From contig CP075492.1 in the NCBI GenBank assembly GCA_021613535.1, positions 11,036,001 to 11,100,000 of the forward strand: a DNA stretch of 64,000 nucleotides. The letters are read 5' to 3'. The translations under genes and the position numbers were made by a program. The stretch is from Adineta vaga (Eukaryota > Animalia > Rotifera). This document shows, one piece after another, positions 25,610-40,000 of the stretch (its first letter is position 1; each line of letters starts with the position of its first letter). The notes beneath the pieces are model-generated. The model made no database searches. It saw only the letters and a program-made list of their open reading frames with translations, and was not told where the DNA came from.

Positions 25610-28600
25610 CTACACTTCTCTAAAATATATGGAAAAAAAATCGATGTTATAGAAATAATGTTATTTTCTAGATAACTTACGTGGCATCAAGCGTTGTATT
25701 TAATAATAGATGACTTCGAATATCAATCAATCGTCGTGATGTTAAAGAATCTTTACGGTATGCAAGAAGATTAGGGTGTGGTGCACTGTCATCTAATGAT
25801 GGAATATTTGTTTTCATTGAAGAAGTTGATGATGATAATGATGATGATGATGATATTTTAATAGTATCTGACTGTTGATTGTTATGATTTTCAATATGAG
25901 TATCATTGTGAAGTGTAATTTCATTTTGATCACCCAATAGAAGATCATCTGTATGTATTAATTCATCAGAATAAATATATTTAATCACCGGGAGTCGAAC
26001 AGTCGTTGATCGATTATTATCGTAATCACTTTCATTTCCACTCGTAATTAAAGATGGACTATCATCAGATGAACGTATTGTTTGATCATTTATAGATCTT
26101 GGCGAATCATAAACATTTATATGAATAGAAGAATTGGTGTCATTCTCATCAAATATGCGATGACGTCGATGACCTTGTTGTTGTTGCTGATATGGAGGAC
26201 GATGAGGTTGAGTGCGTTTTTTAACACTTGCAAATGGAGTACGGCGAAGAGAAGATTCTGGTGATGTTGTTCGACCTATCATAGATGATGAAGATTCTAG
26301 TATGAGAAGAGAAAACATATTTATATAGGTTTTTCTCGTGAATATTTCATACCTGTTATTGTTTGATTAGTTAATGTAAGTGTACTTGTATTGGTACTTG
26401 ATGATGATAGTTGAGTAGTTAATTGTGGATTATTTTTCATTTCTACGTCATTTTTAGTAGAATCATCTCGTCCTTGATAGGATGAATGTTGTCGAGTTTG
26501 ATCATCTACTCCAACAACAGTTGATACGGAACTTTTCGTATCGAATTCTTCATTTTTGATTGATGGAACAATGGAAGGAATGGATGAGGATGTTGTCGTT
26601 GTTATTACTGATGAATCTTCATCTGTACTAAATAAAAATGATCCCGTTGAACTTACACCACTTGAACTATGTACACTCCGAAATGAATTTGTAATCAAAG
26701 ATGAATCTGCTTTGTCACTGGATTGTTCATTATTCCATGACATACGTTTAACAATTGTAATGGACGATGATGAAATTTGTTTTGTAGGAGTAGCTGAAGA
26801 ATTTGTTTCATGTGTACTTGTACCATCAGCAGTAAAATATCGACCGAAATTCTTTCGATCAGTACGAGAATTTCGTCGCGTTTGTTCGACAATTTTAAAA
26901 ACATCCGATTCAACTTTTGATGAACGTCGAGAAATATCGTCCGTAGCAAGATTTGCACTTTCAACAGAAGGAATAGATAAATCAATTGATGGTGATGGAG
27001 AAGTAGATAAACATTCTTGAATCGTATTCGTCGAAACAGATGAACTTGTTGTTGAATGAAGAGTTTGAAATTTTAGTTTCGATTCTTCCATTATGAGTTG
27101 AAAGTTTGTTTTCGTTGTTCGAATATTTTCTATCCATTGTTTACTTAAATTTGTTTGAAATAAGTAACCATTCTCAATCAGATTATATTCCGAAAAGATC
27201 AAAGCAACAAATGATGCCTATAAAGATAAAATAAGTATTGATTTTTCAGTAAAAATCAAAAAACAAGATTGTCTCTTTTTTTCATTTACCGTATTTGGTT
27301 CTGTGTTGTTGCTATTTCCTCCACGACGATCATATTCTCGAACATCAATACGATCAATTCGTATGGGTGGTTTAAGAATTTTATTGACTATATTCGATGA
27401 TGGGCGATTCGATGATCCATCGCTATGTGTAGATATTAAGGGTGAATTTGTTGAACCACTTCGTTTTCCACCTTTGGTGATAAGAAACATATCAGAAAAG
27501 AGATAACAATAAACATCTTGACTATTTTTTGCATCTTTCATTTTCATCGGACCTTGCTGAATAATCTGACGACGATAACCACGAACATGTAATGGCATAT
27601 CTTGTAGAAGATCCAAACGATTCGACAATGAATCACGATTATATTCTTGAAGGATCTTTAAGATAAACAAAAACAAAGGATGAATTACAATCGAAAAGAA
27701 GAATACATACAGAAGAAAGTTCAGGCGGTGCTGATACATATTCATATGGACCGATACGATCATTTATCTGACGAATACGTTCTTCTTGTTCTTGATTATG
27801 TAATTTTGAATTTACTCGATTAACAAATGTTGCTACTTTTTGTATCTAAACATTATAAAGATCAAATTCACATATCAAATAACAACCTTGTTTCATGAGA
27901 AATAGTATAAGTATCAAAGTTCAATGTTAGATTTTTTCCTACTTTTAGACAGGGTTGATCATCACATAAACAAAGGTAGTCAAGAATGAGTTCATAAAAT
28001 ACTTTAGCTACTTTTTCTCTCTGCTGCGAGATATAATTGGAAACCAGAGCAAAAGAAATTCCTTTGTGATATGTTGATAATCGCTAGCATTAGAAAAACA
28101 CAATTTGTTCCACTTTGTCACTTGCTGAGATTCCATCTTAAAAAACAGTCTCGACTCCCGGACAATCAGCTCCATAGTAAAGTTTTAAGTGTGTCACAAA
28201 GTAGCAGGAAAGCTATTAGATACGAATAGTAGACAAAGTATTCTGTCATATGACAGACATATCAACAATTGCTATATATGTCATAGTATTTTTTCTCAAA
28301 AATCTACTCATTAGTGTAAATCTGGTAAGAGTAACAAAATAGTATGACATGTCTTCTAGTGGAAATAACGACGACAGTATCCCTTACTTCTCTTTTTCTT
28401 CTCATGTAGACTAAAAAAGTACAGTGTGTTATATCGTAGCAGCTTCTTTTGCTAGGTCTTTCTAATGAATAGACATTAGTAAAATGTCTCCTACAATTGT
28501 TTACGAGAAAACCTTTTCTATTGAAGAACTTGAAGATAATTTGAAATAGAACGATTTTCTCAACGTACCATTTCATGAAGATCATGTCTTTGTTGGGTAT

Positions 28601-31600
28601 CATTGGTTTTCTTTTGTATTGCTTCAAGTAACAATTTATATCGTGTTAATCGTTGTAAAGGTTTGATTGTTAAATCCGAAAATGATAAACGATTCGTATA
28701 GTTACTTTCAATCCACTAAAAAAAGCCCAGAACAAAATCAATGGTTTTATTTTGAAAAATGAAAAACATTTCTCTTTCTTCTCTTACAGAAATTAAACTT
28801 TGAAATAATTCATCACGAGAAAGTTTTTGTTTAAAATATTCTGCACTGGTTTTTTGATCAAGTACATAATGTAAATATGGTTTAAAATATACATCGAACT
28901 AAAATAAGATTCAATTAAATCAATATGAAAACAATACAAAGAATGTTTTACATTAAGAAATCCATTTTTTAAATCAGATGGATTCATTGGTAGACCATGT
29001 TGTTTAAGTTTAACTTTAATTGGTAATAAAATTTCTTTCCAAAAGAGTAAATTTCCATGAAGTACTTCTTGTATATTGGAAAATAATTTCTCCATATCGA
29101 TATCATTGAAAATGCCTTCACGCTGAGATGATTTCAATATACTAACACTGGTCATAAGTATATCAGTCATGGTTAGAATTTGACGTATATACGAAACTTC
29201 AGTTGTAAGTAATTCATAGATAGCTTCTTGTTGAAGTTTTGTTGTTTCAGACATGAGCTGAAAAATAAAAAAAGGAAGTTAGTATTTAGTAGTTGATCAT
29301 TTTGCACTGTCCTTAATCTATAGTATCATGACCTCTCTTGTAAAATTATCCTGTAAGAAGAGAGATCGTTCTTGACTTAGTTATTCCAAAGAAAATAAAG
29401 ATTATGTAACATAGGCAAACGTATCCTTTAAACCTTGCACTATTATGAAGGATAGAAAAGATCTCTATCTTTCTTTTTTCTTTCGAAAATAATTCAAATA
29501 ATATTTACTGTTCGTGCTTGTTCAGTCAAATATGGTTGCCATTCTTTTTCAATCACTAAATCACATTCATCAGTTGAACATTGTAGTTGAGCTAATTTTG
29601 GTAGACCATGTATTAACCATTCTTCACATTTTCGACGAACGAATGAAAGATTACTTTCGGAACGTTCTGTTGAATCAGATGTATCCTATGAAAAAAATTT
29701 ATTCAATAATTTATTTTTCTTTTCATATTAAATAAGACTTACTCGTGTAAATATACTTCCGGTAAATATACTTGATCGATTAGTTTTATTCATTCGAGTT
29801 GATGATTTAGCATCTGAATTGTCATCGTTGTCTAACATCATACAATGTGTTGATAAACGTTTGGATGTCGTTTTCGAATTCTGAAAAGTAAAGAGAAAAC
29901 AACTGTGTGGTCGATTTATGTTATGCACTGACGAGGATTTGTTTTTCACGATACTGAAAATCGAGAAATAACAATAATAGAATGAAGAGAAAAAGTGTTG
30001 TTCGAAGCTTCTAACTATCGGAAAGCAACCTATTGCAAATGAAGCTAATCTTCGAAACTTGAGATATATGAAAATAAAACAGACAAGAAACCTAAATATG
30101 TTTGTTGACAGTAAGCAATAAGATTTTCCTCGCGGTCTCTCTTTCTGCTTAACGTCGATTATCGAAAGTATCCATTAAGATGAAAATCGAGACGAGACAT
30201 GGCTTTATTGCGTTTTTTTCTTCTATGTCTATACGCCATGATGAGAAGGTCACATTTTTTGTTTAGTATTATAAATGATAAAAGAATAAGAACACTAATA
30301 ATATGATATCAATCATTTCTTTCATTTAAGATACTTTTCTATTCTTTTCCTTGATTCTGACGATGATAAACAGGTGAATAGTATCTTTGCTGTTAACCTA
30401 TTAACGACTGACAAGTGTTTATCTGCTATTTTTCGGCAACATCGTGATATATATGTCTACAGAGACTAATTGATTCCAACCACTTACTGATGGTAATACA
30501 GCTGAACCAGTGGAATTTCTTTTTTCTTTTCGTTCTTTTCCAGCTGATGTTTTAGCCAATGCTGGATTGATGGATTCTAAATTAAAGAATAAAACGAAAT
30601 TGAAATTTTCTTCAATTAAATTTAAAAACAAAACTAGAAGACCATTTTCGATTGATTTGTTTTCTAGGATATCATGTATCGATGAAAGATATGCTACATC
30701 AGTATAACTAATACTTTTTTGTTTAATAAAGCAAGGATTATCGAATTGTTCGATTATTGGTGAATCATCTTCAGTTAAGGTACAATTCCAAACAAATTTC
30801 GATGTCGATGAATGAGAATCTGTATACGATTTTCGTTTCGATTTCCAAACATCGGATAGTTGTCGACAAATCGATGAACGACGACCTAGCTCTCCATCAG
30901 TCATTTTTTTACGGTATGGAGAGTAAGCTGTAAGATTTCTTTGTACAATGAATGAAAGAAGCAATAAACGCTAATCGAAGGAGAGAGAATTATGTAATAA
31001 GACGTATGCAGGACAATAACAACAAAAAACTGATAAGTAAGTTTTCTTTTTTTTTCTCTCTCTCTCCCTCTCGCTTTGCCTTAAATAGACTTTTCTATGC
31101 ATGATTGCTAAAAAACGAGCAAGTTTCTAATCAACTGATCGAATCACAGGATAAGTTCGGTTTTTTTTCTCTAATTTAACTTGCTAACTAATTTCAACTT
31201 TGGACAAGAACAGCAGTGATGAAATATCAAGATTAGCCGTTCTATTACATCATTGTATATATATATATATAGACATTTCAAGAATGTATGCCAAGTGAGT
31301 TTTTATATGAGTATGTGCGTGAAAGGAACGAGAAGAGAGGGAGGGAGAGAGAGAGAAAAAAAAGGTTTTATCGTTAATTAGGACAGAAAGACGAGATGAC
31401 ATAATCAATCGAATGGTTTCATGCTTGAGTTTTTTCTTTCTCTCTATACCTGTAACAACAAGATCATTTAAAAGAAGATGTTTTACTGGTTGATCCAAGG
31501 ACAATTGTAATGTAGGAGCACTTCGTAAACAAATATAATATTTTTCAATGGAAAGATGATGTTTTTCAAAGAGTTTTATTAACATTTCTCTACAAAACAA

Positions 31601-34600
31601 AATCAAATACACAAGAAAAGAAAAATGAAAGCTTAGATTACTTACCTCAATGTTGTATTTTCAGATGTAGTCGAATACTTCAATTTTTCTTTAAAACTTT
31701 GTCCATTAATATCATTGAAATAAATATATGTATTATCCTAGAAGAGATATAAACGCAATTATTTTCCAAGGACAATGATTTCTCACATATCGACTATATT
31801 CAATTTGCATGATTAGTTGTCTCCACATTAATTCAAATCCTCCTTTCTTACAATCAATTTTTTTCTGTCTACCCAAACATACATTTTTTTTTCTAATCTG
31901 TCCTTCATAATAAGCACTCATTTACAAATAAATAAACTCTCCGAATAAACGCAAATCAAATCGAAGGTTTTATATATTTACAAAGAACTTTTCTTCAACA
32001 ATAAACATACCATTGATGGTAAATTTTCTTCAGATAAAGCATGTTTTCGTGGATCGAATGTTGATTCATTAATTGTTGCTATTGCACTATTCCTTCGACT
32101 TGTATTAATTGATGTTGTTAGATTAAGAACTGACACACTAAACTGTTTACCAGACATATTTGTCTATTTAAACAAAAGTGAAATGTAGGAGAAGAACGAA
32201 TATGATGAAATTTTACTTCAGGTGAATCTAAAGTTAGATTTGATCGTCGTGTACGAAAGACATTGGTTAATAAACTCCGAGTTTTCTCTCTAGAAGGAAA
32301 AACAAAACACAAAATATAAATATTCTTTTTTTTTCAAGAAAAGTTTTCATCAAGAAAAACCTTCGCTTTTTAACATCTGTTCTTGACATGGAAATTAAAG
32401 TTGAAGTTTGTCGTAGAAAACAATAAATTTAAGATGAGATTGAAAATCAGTTCGACATATTATTCAGAATTTTGTTTCTGCTCTTTTTTTTCTCTCTTCT
32501 CTTTTCGCCTTGTTTTGTTTCTTCGTTTCTCACCATCGTAATCATATGATGTGAGGTGTGAACAATCGTTATACAAATAGCGAAGCTTATTTACTTAGTG
32601 TCGATGTGGACAACGAAAGAAAAAGAATGAGAAGCAAGATTAATTAGAATATGAATTCTTTTTATATCCGCTATCACATATTCATATCGATGTCAACAAG
32701 TAAATAATGACACTTACAATTGACATCGCAATGAGGGGGAAAAAAAGACGTTTGCTTCAAAAGAAATGATATTTCTTGATTAGATAATATGAGAAATGAA
32801 ATGGTCATTGGTTTGTTTTCAAAGATAGATATGAATTCCTATTATATCGAATAGTGTCTATTCATTCGTTGTCGGAAGAAACAAAAACAGTTGCTATTTA
32901 CTAATGACACATAGCTAATATTTTGAAAGTCGTCATAACTTACTCTGGAGGATGCAAAAACTGTTGATTCGTAGTGTTATTTTCAATTGTTATTTCGTTG
33001 TTATTTATCGTCGTTGATTCATCTAAATGAAATAACGTTAACTTTAGAATTAAAAAGAAAACAAATCCTTTTCTTCTTATTATGTAATTACCAATGTGAG
33101 AAGTAAATTCATTATCATTTTCGTCGTTAGTTCCACCCTAAAAATAATCCATATATGAAACCTTCAATTCATGTCTAACCGTCTATATGCAAATAAAACA
33201 TTATTCAGATTCTTTCCTTCATTCACGATTTTATTCGGAATATAAAAAAAGGAAGAAATCTTTTTCTTCTTTTTTTTGGTTTTTATTATGATTGTTTGTA
33301 TTTCATCTCCTTCAATTCAATTAAAATAACACTAGCTTAGTTTTTCTATTTATATATTCTCTCGAATATAAGGATTCGATTTCGATTGAATCAAATCGAG
33401 AACGTACAAAATAAATACTCCGAGTGATTTTTATCTGATGATGATCTTTCGTGAGAGACAAGGTCAGTTCAATTGAATAGACAAACTATCGAGACATCAT
33501 GTGTTGAGTAAATTAGAGTTTTTATTCTAATCAAACGAATTATTGATGAACTTCAAATTGATGCTGTTTGCTTTTCGTTTTCTACTGTTTAAACATGCAT
33601 GCGTGTAGACAATCTTCTGATTGAATTAGGGCGTCCATACCAATGACGGACGTGCCATATAATAGTCTATAAGGAAAATTAGTTCTCGTCACACAACAAT
33701 GACATTTTGAAAGAAGAGAGAAAACAAATTAAAACGAAAGAAAAAAAAGAAAGAGATAGGTGAAGTGTTTTTTATCTACTTAAGAGACATTTCATATCAA
33801 AGTACAATTAGCATATATTTTAGTCTAGTGATTCTTTCTTGAATGGTTGGTAATATGACACAGAACTTTAGATCGTCTCAATGACAAAAAGAATATATAT
33901 TTCTATGGTCAAGTTGAATGTCCTCTATGATTAGTTGTCGTCATATTGACAAGACAAAAGATCAAATATTGTCAATAAATATATGTCAGAAGAAGAATGA
34001 ATAATACTGAGTAATAATCATCAGGAGTATGATTCGATGATTTCGGTTCATGTCATTGAGACGTGAGTGAGAAAAAGTGAAAGCAGAACGAAAAAGGTCA
34101 GTAGCTAGCAATAATGTGATTCTCATGTGTACTTATAAATATGCATGTGTAATACAATGCAATGTCTGACATGATTGAAGTACAAACAGTAATATGTATT
34201 CATTCATTCATTCTGTGTCTGATTTGACCATCATTATTAACTATATTGAAGGTATATCATTAAACAGTAAAATGTCATTGCCATGATTGTTCTTAGTCTC
34301 GCAGACACCAGGCTCTCTTTTATTAACAATAACAGAACGGTACTGTCGGCGCTCATCATTATTACTGTCTCGACAACCGTATCTACGTATGTGTGTATCA
34401 GGGTCAAACAATAATAAATTTTCTCGTTTTTTTTTCGGAGACCAACTGTATTAACACTTGACCTTCATTACATGTATATACATATGTGTATGTGTGTGTA
34501 TGCATGTTGAAAGCACGCGTGCCGCTAGTCAACAAACAAATGTTGTGACTAATAATAAGCGCATCTTTAGCTGATTAACTTTCTTACCTTTTCAGTTTGT

Positions 34601-35706
34601 TGTGATGAGTCATGATAATTGCTTCGTTGGCGTTTTAACGAATTATTATCATGATTATCATCTGATTCTCTTAATGAACAAAACGAATGAGATATAATTA
34701 AAGATGTTTGTTGATGTTGTTCGTGATTAATATTATCATTTACATTGGAATTTAATATTGGTGGCGATGATGGTTCTAAAAGATGATGAAATAATGATGG
34801 AAGACTTTGACGTCTTTTAATATGCAGTTGTAATTGTTTTTGATCACGAAGAGTTTTTGATAGTGATAACTGTTGATTATCATCATTTGTTGTTAAATGT
34901 GATTTTATAAATAATTTTTTACATACTGAACATCGATAGGATGTATTATCCGTTGTTGTTGTTGTTGTTGTTGTTGTATTTAATTTCGAAGCAAAAACTC
35001 CAAATATAGAAGGACGCCTTTTATTTTTAGAATTTATGTCGAGATTGGATGTATGTTGGCATGCCAGACAAAGATGTTCTTGGTTCGATTTGATCATGGA
35101 AAGTTTTGACGATGAATGATTCCCTGAGCGGAATGTAAGTGAGTGAAAAAGACGTGAAAATGTCTCTTTTGACAAGCCTGACTTCGATGTTGCCGGTAGT
35201 TTCATCGTCTTTAATGGTAATGGATTTGCGTGTTCGTCACTATCATTATCGTCATCATCATCATTATTATTGTCATCAGTATCGTTATCATCATGTTTTT
35301 CTGTTACTGTTGCTATATTTGGTTTGGAGCCGAGTGAAAATGAAAAACTTCGTTGTTGACTAAGTGGTGCTCCAATATGATCAGTAGAATCATTTTGTTT
35401 AAGTGATAATGTACGAATAACGGAAATACGTTTCGATTCATTTTCTAAAACTTGATCAAATTCATTAAGAATAGTTATATGACCATTATCGTCGTCGTCG
35501 TCATCATCATTATTATTAACACAAATTTGAGGTATAGGTAATGTTGAATGTTGTTGAGTTTTACCGCGAAATTTACGAATAGGAGTAGTTGGCGAAGATG
35601 AAGTGTCGACAAAAAGTTGAGAGGATGATTGAGAAGTATTTTCTGATTCCATTGAGTGTTGTTTTTGATGTTGTAAATAACGACGAACTTTGTTGGAACT
35701 CGTCAT
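25610..35706 (-). CDS. PLEKHG5: PLEKHG5/Syx-like RhoGEF (RBD-like, DH, PH, C-terminal PDZ-binding motif); multi-exon with long 5' introns
   Basis: DH domain QQEAIYELLTTEVSYIRQI...EKLFSNIQEV...KPLQRLTRYKLLLEAI; PH domain RQIIQQGPMKMKDAKNSQDVYCYLFSDMFLITK...ILKPPIRIDRI; spliced C-terminus HLLLNTTLDAT|EV*, like PLEKHG5 LLLNSTLTASEV. Assignment of the 5' exon 34588-35706 is less certain. Confidence 0.85.
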
Positions 35707-37095
35707 TAGTTGATTAGTACTGTCAAACCTGTAGTAATGACACAAGATTATCTTCTTTTTATGTTAGTTAGTAGACAAGAGAATGTTCACTATCAGTAAA
35801 AGTAGTAATAGCGAGACAGAGACAGAGAGAGAGAGGGAGGGAGAGAAGAGTAGTCAAATTCGTTTCATGTGTTCTGTTCTCTTCCTTTTTATATAGAGGA
35901 TGAAAGAGCAACGACCAAAATTGAATATCAAGAGCGTCATGGAGAAGACACGAACGCACAAGAGAGAGAGAGAGAAGAAAAATCGCGCATAAAGAGAGAA
36001 GAAAGAGCTCATCGAACAAATGGGGGAAAAAAGAGACGATAATAAAGTCAAAACTCCATTACATCAAGTTTTGACGATGTTCATTGAATGCGTAAAACAT
36101 CTTTTCATCTTGTCTCTTATGATTTCCTTTTATTTGTTCAATAAAAAATAGTCGAGCTGAAAAAAATACAAAAACATTTCCGAAAAAAAAATGACGAAAA
36201 CATATACATAGATGAGGATTAACTTAGTTACGAAAATCGATTGGTTCAAGATGAAAAAGCTTTGATTGTTTTTTAATCAAGTTTTTTTCTTCTCTCTTTT
36301 ATCATTACTTATTCGTTTGTGACAGAGAATGTAATTATTCATAAGAAGAAAGAGAAGAGAAAAAAAAAGTAAAAAACAATCGAAGCTGACAAAATGTTCC
36401 GTACCTTTTCCCCTTCTCAGCATTTATCGAAGACAGACCAAAAAATGCAATCAAAAAAAAGACATCGATTATGCATGAGAAAATTTTTTTTCACTATTTT
36501 TATCAATCTATTTGATGTGACATATAACTCTTACTTTATGTGCTGATTACGATTGTCATTTTATCCTATAGGCATTAAAAGACATCACATCACGTCTGTT
36601 CTGTTAACTGACTTTTCTTCTCTCGTTTTTTTTGTCTCCTTGTATATCTGTTTGTCTTCTTTCCTAAGAGATTGTTTGTTTGATATGACAGACAATATAT
36701 AGACAAGAACATCGAGCTAATCATTTGAGTTTCTTTTCAGTTGAATATAACTTAAACGAGGTATATTCTACTAATTTATGTAAACATAACAAAAATGGAT
36801 AGACTCTAATGATCATATCAGTTGAATATCATAGGTTTCGTTTTCGTTCGTTTGGTTTTCAACATCTGCTTAGATAAGATGCAGGATTAAAGAGTTTATT
36901 TTCTTCGCGAAATAATAACTCTGGCTTCGTCACTTTGTTCCCTTAGAGGCTTCAATAACAACTGTGACATTTCATTGATATATGTCTATTTCTGTCGATT
37001 ATCTTTTGGTTTTGATATATATATATATATCCATATATTATATTTTAACTTATTCACAACAATACAAAAAGAGAAAAAGAAAACATATTGTTTTA

Positions 37096-40000
37096 TTAAT
37101 CAAAATGAATTTGTTGATATTGGGATTTCATCAATGATCGTGATCGATATAATCGACAATGAGGTAAAAGATACTGAGCAAGTAATTGTTTAAGTAATAA
37201 TCGTCGTTTTACTCGTGCCATACGAAAACGTATTTCATCAGAATTATTTCCATTTAAATCTTTTTGTTTACATATTCGAATCTAGAAAAAGAAAAATAGT
37301 TATTCGTGACAATCAATACTTTCTAGAAATACATACAGCTAATCTCTTTTTATCTTCATATCCACGTAAATTCAAATTATCTAAAAATAAGAAAGAGAAA
37401 AGATTTATTTTTTCGCGTCTTTTATACAAAAAGAAAAGAATTCACTTACTGATTAAACTTTCTAATAAAGCTAAATCCCAAATACATTCATAATAATCAT
37501 CAATATCATCATTCATATAGTTTTCTTGTAATGTTTTAAATATAATATTATAATCAGGTGTTGAAAGTAATTGACATATACAAGCTACTTGCGTATGATA
37601 ACCTAGAAAGAAAAGATCGTTTATATTCATAAACATCGAAAGGAAATGATATGGAAAGATCTATTTGATAAAAGATCTGATTATTAATCTCATAGTTAGT
37701 CGATAGATCGAAATGAATCAGCCAGTTGTCTGCATAGGTTATAACTCAAGGAAAAATAGCAGATTCCATATGTCTTGAACCTTTCTAATTAGTTTTTGTT
37801 TCCATCTGGATTTACTCGAGAAGACAAATAAAAACTTTAGCCTCAAACATATTCAATCGTTCTTGAAAACTCACCTAATTGTAATGCAGCTTTAATCATA
37901 TTTCTTATTAATGAATCATCTTGTGAAGTGATTGTCACTGATGAAAACAATCCAGTTTCAATTCCAATAGAACTGATATAAGCATGCATAGCTTGAGTAT
38001 ATTGTTGTAATGTTAGATGAATATCAGCTTGTGTACGAAGTAACGAAGATCTGATTTGTATGGGAAGATATTTTCGTGTTTCAATATGTTCAAATAATGT
38101 TTGAATCAATTGTGCTAATATTGATGGTCGTATCGAACGTTGTCGATAATCGAGAGAAGTTGGCCAATAACGTGAATATTCGGAATAAATATCAACATGT
38201 GATTGATCAACAAGTACAAGAGAATAGAGACGAGACAGAAGTGAAAAAATCATTTGTAATAAAATCGGATGATTAAGATTAGTTAAAAATCGTTGTAATT
38301 CAATAACAGTCAGTTTTTCATTGAAGGAATTCGCTTGTTGATGACGATTTCTTGGTTGTTTATGAGCAGAAGGTCCTTGTGATTTTTCTGATAAGATATC
38401 GGATAATCGTTCCCATAATTCACGAGCAAGTTCAGGACGTATTTGTGATTGATTTTCATTTGTTAATAGACCTACAAAATAGATCAATCTTAAAAAAAAC
38501 AGGAAACAAATAACAAATAGAAAGATGTCTTACGCGCAAATAGTTTCGTTATATCAAGATATGGACGAATTCGACGTACAGTTGGAATTAATGATTGAAT
38601 AAATGGAATTTCATTACGAGATAATGTATATGCGAGTGCTGCTGATATTAATTCCGTATTGACATCTAAATATAGATGAAAAACTGTCGAGGTGAACTAG
38701 TCAGATAGAATTAATACACTCATAAAAGGATAGCTTTTCTTTTGATCAATCTGTTTTTAGTAACCATGAATGGAAATCAATTTTTAGATTTCAATCAAAT
38801 GATGAATAGAAAATAGCTTTGAAGTTCATCAATTATTTACCAGTCTCCGAATGATTTTCCATTAGAAAACTTTGACATTTTTCCCATAAATTATTTTCAT
38901 TTTCAAGAAATGTTTGTCTTGATATGACTTCATAAAGATTGAATAATAAACGATCATAGTGAAGTGATTTTATCACTTGTCCTATATTGATGTCTTGATG
39001 ATGACGAGGTGTAAGAAGATCAATCGCTTGAGTTAATAATAGATGACTTTGAGTGTAATTCTAAAAGAAGAAAATATTGACAAAACTGATGATTTTGAAT
39101 GGAAGAAAATTTTACTCTATAAGATTGTGCACGTTTTGCTTTTTCATAAATAATTCGAATTAGTTGTCCTAGTAAATGATTACTATTTATAAGCATATTT
39201 ATTGCTTGATCGGTGGGCGTTTGTTTGAATGACTAAAAATGATTATAAATAGTTAATTAAGAACATATTTGAAACTGACTTAGAAAAAACAAGAAAGAAT
39301 TGTTTCGTCTATTATCGGTCCAATTCAAATACCTTACCAATGGAAATAGATCATCAAGTATTGGAGTTAATTTTGCACTATCTAAATCTGTTATCATTTG
39401 TGTAATGATTTCAGGTTCTGAAGAATGAATTAAACGTGTTTGACATTTGAATTGCACAGAACCTAGATAGTAGATAGATTTAAATGTAGTGAATTTTGTA
39501 TATTGCTTGAACTACATACCATTAGGTCTATCGAGTAAAGTTGATCGTTGAATTGATTGAATTGTTCTTGAACGAGATATTGGAATAGAAAATGTTGGAC
39601 CAACGAGATGTGCTAAGTTATTTGAACGTAATTGTTCTTTTAAAGTTTCAGTTAAATTATGAAAATGAATTCTAGAAGAAAAACGAAATGTTTGCAAAGT
39701 CATTTCAAGAAAGAAGAATGATAATACCGTAGAAAACTGTTTAGTAATGATTGTTGTTTTGGTGTTACTTGTTTCAAACGTTGAAGTGCCTTGAATAGAC
39801 AATAGATTAATGAATAATAATCTTTTTTAAGTGATTCTTACTTACTTTCTCAAGATAATCAAATACATATTGAGTATTTGCTATATGTTTACCATCGAGT
39901 AAAGATCTAACTAGATTAAATGAACACACAACTTTATATTGTGGTGATCCCCTAAATAATAAAAGAAACAATAAGATAGAAAGTGACAATTGTCATAAAA

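Noticed and set aside
26556-27020. 154-aa plus-strand ORF
   Set aside because: Antisense shadow of the Ser/Thr-rich PLEKHG5 exon.
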